From positions 1 to 26,336 of the IMG/VR virus record IMGVR_UViG_3300025828_000158: a stretch of DNA of 26,336 bases, one strand, 5' to 3'. The number at the start of each line of letters is the position of its first letter. The stretch's first letter is position 1. Under the pieces are notes generated by a model. That model searched no databases. It was not told the DNA's origin and worked only from the letters and a program-made list of their open reading frames with translations. Positions 23,028 through 26,336 of this stretch are shown piece after piece. A program made the position numbers and the translations under genes. The DNA comes from a virus (taxonomy: Duplodnaviria > Caudoviricetes).

Positions 23028-25243
23028 TGGCAAGAACACTAAAAACTGTATTAACAAACTTTTCTTCTGGAGAACTTAATCCATTATTATCTAACAGAAT
23101 AGATACACCTGCTTATGCTAATGGTGCTAAACAATGTAGAAATTTTGCTTTATTAGCAGAAGGTGGAGTAATGAGAAGACCAGGTACTTCTTATCTTGCA
23201 ACATTACCTGCTGAATCTAGATTAATTCCATTTGTATTTTCTGATGATGAAATAGCTATTATAGTGTTATCAAATAATAGAATGGATGTTTACGATATTA
23301 GTGGTACACCAATTGTATCTAATTACACTACAAACTGTAATTGGACTACAGCTCAATTATTTGAATTAAACTTTGCACAATTTGGAGATACAATATTTGT
23401 AACTCATAGAGATAATCCAATTAGAAAAATATTTAGATCATCTGCAACAACATTTACTGTATCTGAATTTGCATTTGGAATTGATGAAGATACTCCTGCT
23501 GTTTCTGGAGTTAATAAAATATATGCACCATTTTATAAATATGATGATTCTACTGTTACAGTAACCTTATCTACTGGTGCTACAGGAACTGGAAGAACTG
23601 TAACAGCAAGTGCTCCAGTATTTGTTCCAGATTGTGTTGGTCACTATTTAGAAGTTGATGGATCACAAATGAAAATTACTGGCTATACTTCTGCAACTGT
23701 TGTAACAGTTACTATTATTGAAGCTGTATCTGCTGGAGCTGGGCCACATTTTAATTGGAAAGAAGAAGCAATTTCTGATCATAGAGGTTATCCTCAAGCA
23801 GTAACATTTCATAATAATAGATTATGGTTTGGTGGTCTTAAATCTAGACCTGCTGGAATTTTAGCATCAAGAATATCTGAATATTATAATTTTGATGTTG
23901 GAGCTGGTGATCCAGACGAAGCAATAGATTTAGATATTGCAGGTTCAGAAGTTAATGAAGTTAGACATATGTTATCTGGTAAAGATCTACAAGTATTTAC
24001 AGATGGTGGAGAATATTACATTCCTAGAGCAACTGATAATACTATTACACCTGCTAACGTATCTGTATTAAGACAAACACCTTATGGTATTAGTAGAACA
24101 GCACCTGTAATGTTTGATCAAGCAGCAGGGTTTGTTCAAAAGAATGGTAAAGCTGTTAGAGAATTTATTTATTCTGATATTGAAGATGGATATAAATCTA
24201 CATCAGTATCAATACTTGCACAGCATTTAATTGATAACCCAAAACAAATTGCAGTTATTAAAGGTAACTTTACTAGACCAGAACAATATGCTTTTTTCTT
24301 AAATAATGGTTCTACATTACCAGGAACATTTGCAGTGTTTCATTCTGTTAGAGATGAAAAAATTGCAGGTTGGAGTTTATGGTCAACAAGAAATGATGAT
24401 TACTTTCAATCTATAATTGCTCTTAATGAATACCTTGTGTGTATTGTTAAAAGACAATTAAACGGATCTACAGTTTATACATTGGAATTATTTGCTGATG
24501 ATGATAGTAATACATTAGATATGAAAACTATTTCTACTGTTAATCAAAAAGGTACACCTTTGGTTCAAGGTGGTAGCCAAACAGGTTCAGTATTAAAAGT
24601 AGATGGATTAACATCTGATCCACAAATTAATGAAACATTTACTATAGCTGGTGATTCTACTGAATATATTATACAAGCAGTAACTAATAATGGTGGAGGA
24701 TCTTATGACCTTAACCTTAATACTGCTTTAGCAGTTACACCTGCGGACAATGCAGTAATTACTTTAGTAAAAGGATTTTTACATAATGTTAATGCAATTT
24801 ATACTAATGAATCTATTAATGCTATAGAAGGTAACAGTTCTCTTGGTGCGTTTACTGTATCTGCTACTAACACTATTACTTTAAATACTGCCAGAGCATC
24901 TGGATTAAAAATTGGATTTAATTATATACCGATTATAGAAACTATGCCTATTGATAAAGAATTAGCTGAAGGGCCATTAACAGGATTACCTAGAAGAATC
25001 TCAAGAGCCATCATTGATCTTAACTCTGCATTAGATTTAACTGTCAAAGCTGCTGATACAACCGCAAAATCATTAGTAGTACAGCAAGTTAATTTTACTG
25101 GTGGTTCTGACCTAACACCTATTACATCTAAAAAAGAATTTTTCTTTTTAGGATATGACAAAAGTCCAACAGTAACTTTATCGCAAGATGATCCATTACC
25201 AATTAAAATATTAGGTATGTCAGTGGAGGTAGTATTCGCATAA
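23027..25243 (+). CDS. Tail tubular protein B (nozzle)
   Basis: 738 aa; NFSSGELNP, GG..RRPG, GYP..V.F...RLWFGG, AGWS, QDDPLP motifs. Confidence 0.9.
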   Translation: MARTLKTVLTNFSSGELNPLLSNRIDTPAYANGAKQCRNFALLAEGGVMRRPGTSYLATLPAESRLIPFVFSDDEIAIIVLSNNRMDVYDISGTPIVSNYTTNCNWTTAQLFELNFAQFGDTIFVTHRDNPIRKIFRSSATTFTVSEFAFGIDEDTPAVSGVNKIYAPFYKYDDSTVTVTLSTGATGTGRTVTASAPVFVPDCVGHYLEVDGSQMKITGYTSATVVTVTIIEAVSAGAGPHFNWKEEAISDHRGYPQAVTFHNNRLWFGGLKSRPAGILASRISEYYNFDVGAGDPDEAIDLDIAGSEVNEVRHMLSGKDLQVFTDGGEYYIPRATDNTITPANVSVLRQTPYGISRTAPVMFDQAAGFVQKNGKAVREFIYSDIEDGYKSTSVSILAQHLIDNPKQIAVIKGNFTRPEQYAFFLNNGSTLPGTFAVFHSVRDEKIAGWSLWSTRNDDYFQSIIALNEYLVCIVKRQLNGSTVYTLELFADDDSNTLDMKTISTVNQKGTPLVQGGSQTGSVLKVDGLTSDPQINETFTIAGDSTEYIIQAVTNNGGGSYDLNLNTALAVTPADNAVITLVKGFLHNVNAIYTNESINAIEGNSSLGAFTVSATNTITLNTARASGLKIGFNYIPIIETMPIDKELAEGPLTGLPRRISRAIIDLNSALDLTVKAADTTAKSLVVQQVNFTGGSDLTPITSKKEFFFLGYDKSPTVTLSQDDPLPIKILGMSVEVVFA

Positions 25244-25776
25244 TGAGTGCAGATCCAGTAACATTAGCAGTAATTAGTTTTGGAGTACAAGCTGTAGGTA
25301 CATATCAGCAAGTACAATATCAAAAAGCTATGACAAAAGCTCAGTTACAAGAATATGAAACTGAACGTAAAGTTAATCAATTAAAAGGATTACAAGATGC
25401 TAATGATGTAAACGAAGCTGCTGAAAAAAAGAAAAAAATTAATAGAGCTATTGTAGCAGGTTCTGGTTATTCTGATGATAGTAGAAGTTTTTTAGCTGTT
25501 CAAAGTGAAATAGATAGAATAGCTACAAAAGATGTTAGTACTATAAAATTAAATACTGCTAGATCTGAATCTAAATTACAATCTGCTATTTATACAACTA
25601 AAGTTATGGGTAAAGCACAAGAGTATGGTGCTTATACTAAATTAGCAGTAAGTGGATTTAAAACAGCAGCATACGCACAATCATATAAAAGTGGTAAAGG
25701 ACAATATGACACTGGAGTAGATAGTGATATTACTAAATTAGCTAAAATAAGAACTGCTACTGAAGGATCATTTTAA
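25243..25776 (+). CDS. Internal virion (ejection) protein
   Basis: MSADPVTLAV hydrophobic N-terminus, helical body, A.SG motif; position after nozzle. Confidence 0.65.
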   Translation: MSADPVTLAVISFGVQAVGTYQQVQYQKAMTKAQLQEYETERKVNQLKGLQDANDVNEAAEKKKKINRAIVAGSGYSDDSRSFLAVQSEIDRIATKDVSTIKLNTARSESKLQSAIYTTKVMGKAQEYGAYTKLAVSGFKTAAYAQSYKSGKGQYDTGVDSDITKLAKIRTATEGSF

Positions 25777-26336
25777 TGGCATTAAAAACAGGTAAACAAA
25801 TTACAACATCATTAGAAACAGGTAAAAAATCTGTTAATCTTAGAGCATCTGTAGCTGATAATATTGGTATTCCAAAATTTCCAGACACTACTATTTCAAC
25901 AGAAATTTTATCTGGTGCTATTGATGTTATTGATACATTTAGAAAAAAAGCTGAAGTTGACGATAAAGTAGATTGGCAATATCAATTTAATCAAACATCA
26001 AGAGATCATTATTTAAATTTAAAAGATAAATACAAAAATGATCCTGATGCAATGAAAAATGCAGTAGATAATTATTCTAAAACTGTATTAGGAAATACAC
26101 CATCAGCATATAAGTCTATTGCAGAAAATATATTAGCACAAAAAAACTTAGCTAATATGGCATATGCTACAGCTAATTATAATGCTTTAAAAGATGAAGC
26201 AGCAGTTAATGGTTGGTTAACTACAAAACAAAATACAATTAGTGATACAGGATCTACATTAGATACTATTACTATGAGTGATGCACCTGCTATGAATATT
26301 AATTCATATATTGGCAACACTACATTTAAACAAGTA
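25776..26336 (+). CDS. Large internal virion protein, truncated by window end
   Basis: ATG 25776 (TAATG overlap), MALKTGKQITTSLETG...; open to the end. Confidence 0.65.
   Translation, partial: MALKTGKQITTSLETGKKSVNLRASVADNIGIPKFPDTTISTEILSGAIDVIDTFRKKAEVDDKVDWQYQFNQTSRDHYLNLKDKYKNDPDAMKNAVDNYSKTVLGNTPSAYKSIAENILAQKNLANMAYATANYNALKDEAAVNGWLTTKQNTISDTGSTLDTITMSDAPAMNINSYIGNTTFKQV

Noticed and set aside
19003-24879. Further partial GTGCG/TGCGTTG matches at 19003 and 24846
   Set aside because: Deep inside genes with only partial motif or weaker -10; cannot be separated from chance.
764-25161. Antisense/shadow ORFs (764, 3962, 4257, 5067, 8230, 11817, 14504, 15230, 15518, 17827, 17879, 20011, 21441, 24922)
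   Set aside because: They overlap well-supported genes and lack RBS or recognisable motifs.
1-26336. tRNA, CRISPR array, integrase/att, DGR or retron
   Set aside because: No cloverleaf with a T-loop consensus, no spaced direct repeats, and no recombinase or reverse transcriptase ORF seen.

Overview
AT-rich segment of a tailed-phage genome with T7/P22-like podovirus morphogenesis genes. Gene content, order and composition resemble HTVC010P-type marine pelagiphages (probable alphaproteobacterial/SAR11 host; this is inference). It has three blocks. (1) 1-5339 (+): tail fibre and glycine-rich tail proteins, a metallophosphoesterase, a peptidase M15 endolysin and holin-like genes. (2) 5400-13356 (-): an apparently complete early/middle block with SSB, a putative annealase, YqaJ exonuclease, several HTH/RHH regulators, DUF6915/DUF6878/DUF3846-like and small membrane proteins, but no recognisable DNA polymerase, primase, helicase, RNA polymerase or integrase. 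(3) 13790-end (+): TerS, resolvase, TerL, a cluster of tiny very basic proteins, portal, scaffold, major capsid, tail tubular A/B and internal virion proteins. The most striking unexplained feature is a ~300-nt GC-rich, almost fully base-paired multi-domain element (13386-13690) at the divergence point of the early and late blocks. Also notable are further structured intergenic elements (5716-5902, 14171-14287, 21167-21234), a repeated GTGCG-extended promoter motif ahead of late modules, and a repeated TTGCTGCCGA motif seen only in the early block.
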